A DNA stretch of 64,000 nt from an uncultured Flavobacteriales bacterium. Lineage in GTDB: Bacteria; Bacteroidota; Bacteroidia; Flavobacteriales_D; Sanyastnellaceae. This document shows positions 9,103 to 17,232 of the stretch, piece after piece. Every line of letters starts with the position of its first letter. Positions within the stretch are counted from its first letter, which is position 1. The notes below the pieces were generated by a model, which saw only the letters and a list, made by a program, of their open reading frames with translations, made no database searches and was not told the DNA's origin. A program made the translations under genes and the position numbers. The stretch spans positions 9,481 to 73,480 of the forward strand of contig CAWVVM010000006.1 of NCBI GenBank assembly GCA_963933635.1, read 5' to 3'.

Positions 9103-9192
9103 ATGCCAAGCGGAAAAAAACGCAAGCGTCACAAGATGTCGACGCACAAGCGAAAGAAGCGTCTTCGCAAAAACCGTCACAAGAAGAAGTAA
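9103..9192 (+). CDS. 29-aa Lys/Arg-rich peptide, candidate small ribosomal protein (bS22 / AURKAIP1-COX24-like)
   Basis: Not in the ORF track because it is under 60 aa. My own translation is ATG 9103 ... TAA 9190-9192 = MPSGKKRKRHKMSTHKRKKRLRKNRHKKK. It lies between the HU/TPR genes and RNase G. It resembles the short basic peptides annotated in Bacteroidota. Confidence 0.55.
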   Translation: MPSGKKRKRHKMSTHKRKKRLRKNRHKKK

Positions 9193-9247
9193 TGAGCGTG
9201 GTGCGAGGCTGGTCTTGTGCTAGACCCGTGCTACGTGACTTCATGTG

Positions 9248-10801
9248 ATGGACGCGGAACTCGTCATCAACTCGACGTCAGCTGGCGTCGACATTGCCCT
9301 TCTCGAAGACGGACAGCTCGTTGAGCTTCACCGGGATCGGGGAGACGTGCAATACGCCGTGGGCGACATTTATGTCGGTCGCGTTCGGAAGGTTATGCCC
9401 AATCTGAATGCTGGGTTTGTGGACGTTGGACATGGGAAGGATGCTTTCCTTCACCATTCTGACTTGGGTCCACAATTCCAAACACAACAGATTTGGGTCA
9501 AACGTGTCATGTCGGGGAAGCAACCGACCTCTGACATCAGTCAGTTCAAGAGAGAAGCGGACATTGACCGCAAGGGCAAGATGAAGGACTACGTGTCCGC
9601 ATCGCAGCTCGTGTTGGTCCAAGTTGCCAAAGAGCCCATCAGCACGAAGGGTCCACGACTGACCGCTGAGGTGAGCTTGCCGGGTCGATATCTGGTGCTT
9701 GTGCCCTTCAGCGACAAGGTGAGCCTCTCTTCGAGGATCAAGGGAGACAAAGAGCGGACGCGTTTGCGCCGCTTGATGCAGAGCATCCAGCCTCCGGGTT
9801 TTGGCATCATCGTGCGAACGGTGGCGGAAGACAAAGGGTCGGCGGATTTGCACAGCGACTTGTCCGACTTGGTGGACCGTTGGAAAAAACTCTACGACAA
9901 CCTCAAAAATGGGAAACCAGGCAAGAGGGTGTTGGGGGAAGTGAACAAGGTGAGCGTGGTCCTTCGCGACGTCATGTCGTCAGACTGCAAAGCAATTCAT
10001 GTCAACGACCCTCGTGTGGCTGACGAAGTGAAAGAATTCGTTGCCAACATCAAGGCAGGGGATGACAGCATGGTGAAAATCAGCCGTGCCAAGGACCTAT
10101 TCAACGCCATGTCCCTTCACCGACAAATCAAAGCAGCCTTTGGCCGTCAGGTGAATTTGCGCAGCGGTTCGTATTTGATTGTGGAGCAGACCGAGGCCAT
10201 GCACGTCATCGATGTGAACAGCGGTGGCCGCAAAAAAGGAGCATCCAGCCAGGAGGAGAACGCCCTGATCACCAATTTGGATGTGGTCAATGAGATTGCC
10301 CGTGTGCTTCGTTTGAGGGACATGGGAGGCATCATTGCCATCGATTTCATCGACATGGCCAAGCGAGAGCACAACAAGCAGCTCACCGATGCCTTGCGTT
10401 CGGCCATGAAGAACGACAAGGCGAAGCACAACATTGCTGTGCCAAGTCGTTTTGGGGTGGTCGAATTGACCCGTCAGCGCGTGCGCGATGTTGCCCAGGT
10501 ATCTGCCACAGATGCGTGCCCAGCCTGCAACGGAACGGGAAGGGTGGAGGCCAGCATCCTGATCACTGACCGCATCGATTCAGCCCTGAAATACCTTGCA
10601 GAAGGAGAAAATCGGAAGCGCATGACCCTCATGACGCATCCAATCCTGGAGGCCTACATCACCAAAGGGTGGTGGAAGTCCATCCGCAAGGGATGGGAGA
10701 AATCCTTGGGGATCAAGTTGTCCATCGAGTCCAACTCCAACTTGGAGATTCTCGAATACCATGTCTACAACGCCCTCGGCGAAGACGTAACACCCGACTG
10801 A
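9248..10801 (+). CDS. rng: ribonuclease E/G family protein (RNase G-like)
   Basis: Has an S1-like N-terminus (GDIYVGRVRKVMPNLNAGFVDVG). The catalytic region shows TEAMHVIDVNSG and GGIIAIDFIDM. Also has a CPACNGTGRV zinc-link-like motif. ATG at 9248; the ORF-track first codon at 9245 is GTG. Confidence 0.85.
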   Translation: MDAELVINSTSAGVDIALLEDGQLVELHRDRGDVQYAVGDIYVGRVRKVMPNLNAGFVDVGHGKDAFLHHSDLGPQFQTQQIWVKRVMSGKQPTSDISQFKREADIDRKGKMKDYVSASQLVLVQVAKEPISTKGPRLTAEVSLPGRYLVLVPFSDKVSLSSRIKGDKERTRLRRLMQSIQPPGFGIIVRTVAEDKGSADLHSDLSDLVDRWKKLYDNLKNGKPGKRVLGEVNKVSVVLRDVMSSDCKAIHVNDPRVADEVKEFVANIKAGDDSMVKISRAKDLFNAMSLHRQIKAAFGRQVNLRSGSYLIVEQTEAMHVIDVNSGGRKKGASSQEENALITNLDVVNEIARVLRLRDMGGIIAIDFIDMAKREHNKQLTDALRSAMKNDKAKHNIAVPSRFGVVELTRQRVRDVAQVSATDACPACNGTGRVEASILITDRIDSALKYLAEGENRKRMTLMTHPILEAYITKGWWKSIRKGWEKSLGIKLSIESNSNLEILEYHVYNALGEDVTPD

Positions 10802-10819
10802 CAACATCCCGTCTCTCGC

Positions 10820-12064
10820 TTATGCGCGAGGGGCGGGTTGCAGTTCTTTGGGGTAACACAAAAAGCTTTTTTCGACAGGTTTGCTAAGCAATTGCAAGCT
10901 GAGGTGGTCGTTCGCTTCCGCAAAGTCGCGGACCGTGCCATCCTTGTACAAGACCAAAATCCCTCGCGGAACGTAGGCTTTGTTGTCGATCCGGGCATTG
11001 CTCACCAGGAAAGAGGCTTCTTCCTTGGAAAGCCCAAAGTGTTGGGCGGTGGCCTGCACGCGCTCTTCGACATCGGCCTCTCCAAAGGGCTCGGGCCTCA
11101 ATTCGATGCGGAACAACCCGCGGTCCAGCAACCGGGCGCTCAACATGGCCAAGACCCGATCGTCGTGGTGCCGCCAGGCCTTCATCGCCACAAAGATGTC
11201 GCTGTCGTCCAACTCGCAGAACCGCTCCAGGACTTCAGGGTCGGCCAAAAACTTCGCCCGGTCAAGGTCGTCGTGCAGGAAGAGGGAAAGTGCGGGCGAT
11301 GCAAAGACAGGCTCGCCTTTTCGGGCCAGGTGCTTGGCCCGCCTCAACACCAACATGAGCATGTGTTCGGCACTCAAGACGGTTCGGTGCAGGTAGACTT
11401 GCCAGTACATGAGGCGTCGGGCCACTACGAATTTTTCGATGGAGTAGATGGCCTTTTCTTCCACGACCAGCTGACCGTCGACGACGTTGAGCATTTTCAA
11501 GATCCGCTCGCTGCCGACCTTGCCCTCCGTGACCCCGCTGTAGAAACTGTCCCTGGCGAGATAATCCAAACGGTCCATGTCCAATTGGCTGCTGACCAGT
11601 TGGTGCAGAAATGCTTTGGGGTGGTGGTCGTTGAAGATTTCAATCGCCATGTCAAGGGCGCCCCCAAACTCTTCGTTCAAGCGACCCATGATGAGCGCGC
11701 TCACATCTTCGTGATGAACGCCTCGGACAATGCTGTGCTCGAGGGCGTGGCTGAAGGGTCCATGGCCCACGTCGTGAAGCAAGATGGCCAGGCATGCGCC
11801 TTCCGCTTCTTCCTCCGTGATGGCCACCCCTTTGTTGCGCAGGCTGTCAATGGCCTCTTGCATGAGGTGCATGCAGCCAACGGCGTGGTGGAAACGGTTG
11901 TGGACGGCGCCTGGATAGACCAAATGCGACAGCCCAAGTTGAGAGATGCGTCTCAACCGCTGCATGAACCGGTGGTCCATGAGGTCCAATGCGCGCTCGT
12001 GGCGGAGGGTGACGAACCCGTAGACCGGGTCGTTCAGAATTTTGTGGCGGTTCACCTTGCTCAT
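10820..12064 (-). CDS. HD-domain phosphohydrolase (dNTP triphosphohydrolase-like)
   Basis: N-terminal ILNDPVYGFV, then RLRRISQLG...NRFHHAVGCMHL and LLHDVGHGPFSH, which are the HD metal-binding motifs. Confidence 0.8.
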   Translation of the reverse strand: MSKVNRHKILNDPVYGFVTLRHERALDLMDHRFMQRLRRISQLGLSHLVYPGAVHNRFHHAVGCMHLMQEAIDSLRNKGVAITEEEAEGACLAILLHDVGHGPFSHALEHSIVRGVHHEDVSALIMGRLNEEFGGALDMAIEIFNDHHPKAFLHQLVSSQLDMDRLDYLARDSFYSGVTEGKVGSERILKMLNVVDGQLVVEEKAIYSIEKFVVARRLMYWQVYLHRTVLSAEHMLMLVLRRAKHLARKGEPVFASPALSLFLHDDLDRAKFLADPEVLERFCELDDSDIFVAMKAWRHHDDRVLAMLSARLLDRGLFRIELRPEPFGEADVEERVQATAQHFGLSKEEASFLVSNARIDNKAYVPRGILVLYKDGTVRDFAEANDHLSLQLLSKPVEKSFLCYPKELQPAPRA

Positions 12065-12160
12065 GTGGATACGAAGTCGGGCGTCTCGACGTTACTTTGT
12101 CGCAAGATACGTGTGCCGCCAACGCCTGCGGTGCCCGGATTTGCACGAAAGCAAACTATC

Positions 12161-13723
12161 ATGGGACGACCACACATTCTTTGGGCAGACGACGAAATCG
12201 ATTTGTTGAAGCCGCACATCATGTTTTTGGAGGAAAAGGGATACGATGTGACCGGGGTCAACAGCGGGGTGGAAGCCCTCGAAGAGGTGGAAGTTCGCTC
12301 CTTTGATGTGGTTTTTTTGGACGAAAACATGCCTGGCATTCACGGCATTGAAACCCTTCAAAGGATCAAGGCCAAGCGGCCGGAGCTTCCTGTCATTATG
12401 ATCACCAAAAGCGAGGAAGAGCACATCATGGAGGAGGCCATTGGTTCCAAAATCAGCGACTACCTCATCAAGCCAGTCAATCCCCACCAAATCTTGCTTG
12501 CCGTCAAAAAGACCTTGGACAACCGTCGTTTGCAAGGGGAGCAAGCCCAATCGACCTACATGCGGGAGTTTCGCGAACTCGCCATCAAGCTTGGTGGCAG
12601 ACTCAACGCGGACGAATGGACGGAGATTTACAAGCGATTGTGCCATTGGCATGCCGAGCTTGGGGGGTCGGGCGACAGCGGCATGTTGGAGATTTTGGAA
12701 AACCAGCATGCGGAGGCGAACCAGCAATTTGCCAGATTTGTGGAGGCGCACTACGAAAATTGGATGACGGGCCTCGAACAGGCGCCCATGATGTCCCATC
12801 AGCTCTTGCCCGATTGGCTGCCCGAGGCAGTCAATGGGGCAGATGGCCGCCCTGTGTTCTTGGTGGTCATTGACAATTTGCGTTGGGACCAATGGCGCAC
12901 CATTGCGCCTTCGTTGGGTGCTGACTGGACGGTGAAAGAAGAGAAGTCCTATTTCAGCATCCTGCCTACGGCCACTCAGTATGCCAGGAACGCTCTTTTT
13001 GCTGGGATGACACCGGGGGACATTGCCAGGGTCATGCCACAGCTGTGGATTGGGGAACATGAGCAAGGGTCCAAAAACGCGCACGAAGAGGCCTTGCAAA
13101 AGGCGTTGTTTGACCGCTTAGGTATCGCTGGCAAGACCTCCTACCACAAGATCACAAACTTGCAAGCAGGCAAAAGGCTGGCGGACAAATTCCATGAAAT
13201 GAAAGGCCAGCAAATCACCACCGTGGTCTACAATTTTGTGGACATGCTGAGCCATGCACGCTCCGAGATGGACATGATCAAAGAGCTTGCCGACGACGAG
13301 GCGGCCTACCGCAGTTTGACCCTGTCATGGTTTGCCCACAGTCCGCTGAAGGACATGATGGACGCCATGGCCCAAATGGGTGGGCGTATGATTCTCACCA
13401 CGGACCACGGGACGATGCGTGTGGACCACCCTGTGGAGGTCCGTGGGGACAGGGAAACCAACAGCAACCTGCGTTACAAGGTGGGCCGCAACTTGGGCTA
13501 TGACCCTGAGGAGGTCATGGAGGTGCGACACCCCGAGCGTGTGGGATTGCCCAAACCCAATGTGTCGAGCAGCTACATTTTCGCGAAGACCCGCGATTTC
13601 CTCGTCTACCCCAACAATGCCGCGAAGTACACCAAGACATTCCGTGACACCTTCCAGCACGGCGGTGTGAGCATGGAGGAGGTGATCATCCCATGGGTGG
13701 TTTTGGACCCCAAAGGCGCTTGA
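12161..13723 (+). CDS. porX: T9SS response regulator PorX (receiver domain + PglZ/alkaline-phosphatase-like domain)
   Basis: Receiver domain: ILWADDEIDLLKPHIMFLEEKGY...FDVVFLDENMPG...ITKSEEE...DYLIKP. The C-terminal half carries VVIDNLRWDQW and TTDHGT motifs. The ATG at 12161 is in frame within the artefactual 961-aa ORF. Confidence 0.8.
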   Translation: MGRPHILWADDEIDLLKPHIMFLEEKGYDVTGVNSGVEALEEVEVRSFDVVFLDENMPGIHGIETLQRIKAKRPELPVIMITKSEEEHIMEEAIGSKISDYLIKPVNPHQILLAVKKTLDNRRLQGEQAQSTYMREFRELAIKLGGRLNADEWTEIYKRLCHWHAELGGSGDSGMLEILENQHAEANQQFARFVEAHYENWMTGLEQAPMMSHQLLPDWLPEAVNGADGRPVFLVVIDNLRWDQWRTIAPSLGADWTVKEEKSYFSILPTATQYARNALFAGMTPGDIARVMPQLWIGEHEQGSKNAHEEALQKALFDRLGIAGKTSYHKITNLQAGKRLADKFHEMKGQQITTVVYNFVDMLSHARSEMDMIKELADDEAAYRSLTLSWFAHSPLKDMMDAMAQMGGRMILTTDHGTMRVDHPVEVRGDRETNSNLRYKVGRNLGYDPEEVMEVRHPERVGLPKPNVSSSYIFAKTRDFLVYPNNAAKYTKTFRDTFQHGGVSMEEVIIPWVVLDPKGA

Positions 13724-13724
13724 C

Positions 13725-14174
13725 ATGAGGGCCATGACGACGGTGCATTCCTGGGAGCATTTTTCTTTGGAGGAGTTGCCTGGCTTGGCCCAAAAGTTGG
13801 CCGAGGCCTTGCCCATGACTGGAGTGGTGGCCGTCCACGGTCCCATGGGTGTGGGCAAAACCACATTGATCCGGGCCCTGCTTAAGGTTTGGGAAGTGAA
13901 GGAGCATGCGGCCAGCCCCACATTTGGCCTGGTCCATCACCACCATGTGACGAGAAACGAAAGCCTGGCGGAGGTGAGGCACATGGATTTGTACCGTTTG
14001 GCCGATGAGGAGGAGGCGGATCGTTCAGGCATTGCAGAGATGCTGCACGAACCCGTGCTGACCCTTGTGGAATGGCCGGAACGCATTCCAGGCCTGATGC
14101 CTGATGATGCGTGGATGGTGCGCCTGATTCCTTTGGATGGAGGCGGCCGGTCGTGCATTTTGTCACGCCTGTAG
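13725..14174 (+). CDS. tsaE: tRNA t6A37 biosynthesis ATPase TsaE
   Basis: Walker A GPMGVGKTT, then SPTFGLV, HMDLYRL and VEWPE motifs. Starts 1 nt after the porX stop. Confidence 0.85.
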   Translation: MRAMTTVHSWEHFSLEELPGLAQKLAEALPMTGVVAVHGPMGVGKTTLIRALLKVWEVKEHAASPTFGLVHHHHVTRNESLAEVRHMDLYRLADEEEADRSGIAEMLHEPVLTLVEWPERIPGLMPDDAWMVRLIPLDGGGRSCILSRL

Positions 14175-14210
14175 GACGGATTCAGCTCGGGTTGATTATT
14201 TTGGGCCTCC

Positions 14211-15428
14211 ATGGACCAAGGACGCAAAGCCATCAAAGCGCTCGCCCGCGAGGCGTCGCTTCTCCCAAAAGAAGAGTTGCTCGAAGCCAAGCGCGACCAA
14301 GCGGAACTCACCATCGGGATTCCCGCTGAAACAAGCTTTCAAGAAAAGCGGGTGGCGTTGGTGCCTGAAGCTGTGGCCCTCCTTGTGGCACATGGCCACC
14401 AGGTTTTGGTGGAAACCCAAGCTGGGGCAGAGGCGCAATTCAGCGACAATGACTACAGCGAATCGGGTGCACAGATTGTGTACGACCGTCGCCAGGTGTT
14501 CCAAGCCAACATCGTGCTCAAGGTGGAACCTCCCTCGTTGGAGGAAGTGGAATTGATGGGGGTGCGCCAAACCTTGATCTCAGCATTGCAACTCAGCGTT
14601 CAAAATGAAGGGCTGTTGGAGGCCCTTTCTGCCAAGAAAACCACGGCCATTGCCTGGGACTTTGTCCAAAATGAAAATGGCATTCAGCCTTTGGTGCGCG
14701 CCATGGGAGAGATTGCGGGCAACACCGCCATCCTCTTGGCAGGTGAACTCATGGCCAGTGTGTCCGGCCAGGGCACCATGCTTGGTGGTGTAAGTGGTGT
14801 GAGGCCCAGTGAAGTGGTCATCTTGGGGGCAGGCACGGTGGGGGAGTATGCCACGCGTTCGGCCTTGGGGCTGGGGGCGAGTGTCAAAGTGTTTGACAAC
14901 AGCGTGCACCGCTTGATTCGGCTGCAAAACTCGGTGGGGCAGCGTCTTTGGACTTCCACCCTCCAGCCTTCCGTGCTGGAGGAGGCCCTCCAAACGGCGG
15001 ATGTCGCCATTGGAGCGGTCCGTGGATCGGGTCCTCGGGCCCCGATGTTGGTCAGTGAGCCCATGGTCGCGGGCATGCGCGAGCGTTCCATCATTGTGGA
15101 CGTTAGCATCGACCGAGGCGGGGTTTTTGAGACGTCTCGATTGACCAGCCATGAGCGCCCCACCTTTCTCGAGTGTGGTGTGATCCATTACTGTGTGCCC
15201 AACATTCCATCCCGGGTCTCCAGAACGGCCAGCAAGGCCTTGAGCAATATTTTTGCACCTATGATCCTTGGGGTGGCGGCTGAGGGAGGCGTGGTGCCAG
15301 CCATCAAGGACCACAGCTTGATTTCCACGGGGGTGTATATGTTCAACGGCACACTGACCCACCAAGACATTGCTGGCGAACGGGGACTTCCTTGGAAGCC
15401 ATTGGACCTTTTGTCTGCTGCGCTTTGA
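14211..15428 (+). CDS. ald: alanine dehydrogenase / PNT-alpha family NAD-binding dehydrogenase
   Basis: Has the AlaDH/PNT N-terminal domain (IGIPAETSFQEKRVALVPEAV) and the Rossmann motif VVILGAGTVGEYA. Confidence 0.7.
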   Translation: MDQGRKAIKALAREASLLPKEELLEAKRDQAELTIGIPAETSFQEKRVALVPEAVALLVAHGHQVLVETQAGAEAQFSDNDYSESGAQIVYDRRQVFQANIVLKVEPPSLEEVELMGVRQTLISALQLSVQNEGLLEALSAKKTTAIAWDFVQNENGIQPLVRAMGEIAGNTAILLAGELMASVSGQGTMLGGVSGVRPSEVVILGAGTVGEYATRSALGLGASVKVFDNSVHRLIRLQNSVGQRLWTSTLQPSVLEEALQTADVAIGAVRGSGPRAPMLVSEPMVAGMRERSIIVDVSIDRGGVFETSRLTSHERPTFLECGVIHYCVPNIPSRVSRTASKALSNIFAPMILGVAAEGGVVPAIKDHSLISTGVYMFNGTLTHQDIAGERGLPWKPLDLLSAAL

Positions 15429-15478
15429 CCGCTGGGCACTGGGACGAATCAGGCTTGGAGAGGAGACGATGGGTCTCG

Positions 15479-15868
15479 ATGTTGATGCTGTTGGTGCTGC
15501 CTGGAGCTTTGTGCGCCCAGCATGGAATGTTGATGAAGGCGCAAGGCAACTACAAAGTGGAGTACATGGGCGAAACATGTCGCCCAGGAAGGGCTGCCGT
15601 TCAATTTTGCTTCGACTGTCCCGACGCAAGGGAACATTTTGAAAAGGCCAAAAAGCTTCGAATCTGGAACGTTGTGTGGTCCCAAGTGAGCTTGGGGGAA
15701 GTGGTCTTGGGAACGACCCAATGGGATGAGAACGCCACCAGTGCAGCGCTGAACTCCGCTTTTGGGGGGTGGCTATGGAGCTACGTTGAGCGGCGTGAAC
15801 GCCTCATCCAAGCCGAGATCCGTGAAGGTATCGACGACTTCAACCGATGTCAGTATTTGCGGTACTGA
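15479..15868 (+). CDS. hypothetical secreted Cys-containing protein
   Basis: ATG at 15479 gives the signal peptide MLMLLVLPGALCAQ. The longer ORF-track start would overlap ald. No family recognised. Confidence 0.4.
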   Translation: MLMLLVLPGALCAQHGMLMKAQGNYKVEYMGETCRPGRAAVQFCFDCPDAREHFEKAKKLRIWNVVWSQVSLGEVVLGTTQWDENATSAALNSAFGGWLWSYVERRERLIQAEIREGIDDFNRCQYLRY

Positions 15869-15949
15869 ATGCCATGGTGCCCGTCGGATTCTGGGAGTGT
15901 TTTCATTTCACTCATGGTGTGTACATTCCTCATCTTGCAAGCAAGACCT

Positions 15950-16390
15950 ATGAAATATTTCTTGGCCCTTTCTCTTTGTGCGCTCTCATTTGTTGCAGTT
16001 GCCCAAGTAGCTCATGACCTCAACTATTTCATTGGCATTCAGGAGCAGTATGGGTACAACGTTCCCTCAGAGGAGTGCCTCTTGTCGATCTCACAAACAT
16101 TTGAAGCTTTTGGTTGTGGGGATTGGTCTTTCTCAGAGTTTGGATCAGGTTTTGGAGAGATTGAAACATTGGAGGTTCCTTCTGGCTTTGGCGCACTGCA
16201 CGTGAGTTGTGGGGGACAACAGAACACGCGGGACATTTTTATCCCAGGGACATTTGCGCATGCTTTCCTTCACCTCGAAGGCTTCAACAATCTTTACAAC
16301 ATTCATTACAATCCAAACACAACCACCCTCATTGGTGGTCTTGGAGGCACCAGCAACAGCTCGAATTACATCGAGGACCGTAAGCTGTAG
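15950..16390 (+). CDS. hypothetical secreted protein
   Basis: ATG at 15950 gives the signal peptide MKYFLALSLCALSFVAVAQ. G+C is visibly lower than in neighbouring genes. No family recognised. Confidence 0.45.
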   Translation: MKYFLALSLCALSFVAVAQVAHDLNYFIGIQEQYGYNVPSEECLLSISQTFEAFGCGDWSFSEFGSGFGEIETLEVPSGFGALHVSCGGQQNTRDIFIPGTFAHAFLHLEGFNNLYNIHYNPNTTTLIGGLGGTSNSSNYIEDRKL

Positions 16391-16513
16391 TGAACCGCTG
16401 TTTCTTGCGTCACTGGTTTGGGAAGGCCATGCATGCTTGTCTTCAAGTTTCTGCAAATGATGCCAAAAGCAGTCACGGCATAGCTAGCTCAACAATTCGA
16501 CGGGCCTGAGCAA

Positions 16514-16981
16514 TTATTTCTCGCGTTTGAAGTAAAATCGAGTAATAAAAATGCCATTTCCATCCTTTTCGCCCGCATCAGATTCAACCCCAGAATTGAT
16601 GCTTACCAATTCCCATCCATCGGCCATCATTGCAGTGACTTTGCTATTGATCACGGCGTCATTGGCTGCTATGTTCTGGAAACGCAACCCTGCAAGGCTG
16701 TAGAAATTGAGCAACTTTATCTCTTCAAAGGTTTCCATTCGAATGTCCTTTCGATTCGATTTGTTCCGTCCTTCTCCCTTGATGGAGAGGAAATCTTCGT
16801 GATTTCGTTTTTCGGTGGTTGATATGATTCGTGAACGACCGAGTCCACCAGGCACAATGGATTCAACGACGGTAAAGGAGGTGAATTCGGATTGGGCCAA
16901 GATTGGCGCATCAGTTAGAGCAAGCAACGCGATGGAAAGGAAAATTGCAGAAAAACGAGGAGTGAGAATCTTGCTGAACAT
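16514..16981 (-). CDS. hypothetical secreted protein (C-terminus reminiscent of DUF4177-like small domains)
   Basis: Signal peptide MFSKILTPRFSAIFLSIALLALTDAPILAQ. C-terminal segment MMADGWELVSINSG...GIFITRFYFKRE. Low G+C: 39 G+C in the first 100 nt of the plus-strand interval, by hand count. Confidence 0.5.
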   Translation of the reverse strand: MFSKILTPRFSAIFLSIALLALTDAPILAQSEFTSFTVVESIVPGGLGRSRIISTTEKRNHEDFLSIKGEGRNKSNRKDIRMETFEEIKLLNFYSLAGLRFQNIAANDAVINSKVTAMMADGWELVSINSGVESDAGEKDGNGIFITRFYFKREK

Positions 16982-17232
16982 GGGCTAAATAATTTGGTTC
17001 AAAGTAAGTTATAAGTATTGTAGAACAAAGACTGCTCCAAAAACGTCAAGCTGATGGTTGCTCATCAATGACTCCTCAAGAGTTCTTTGTCGCTCGTTCA
17101 TTTTATATCCACCAGCCATTCTTTGCATGCTTCCCGCTTCAAGAATCAGCTTGGTGAACAGGTTGCAAAGGAGCTGTATCCCAATGTGGGCATGGCTTTA
17201 CGCTGACCTTAAGGATGCAAGCGACGCGCCCG

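Noticed and set aside
10838-12160. N-terminal 441 codons of the 961-aa plus-strand ORF (10838-13723)
   Set aside because: This part is exactly antisense to the well-supported HD-domain gene and translates to low-complexity Val/Gln/His-rich sequence. The recognisable PorX receiver domain begins at the in-frame ATG 12161.
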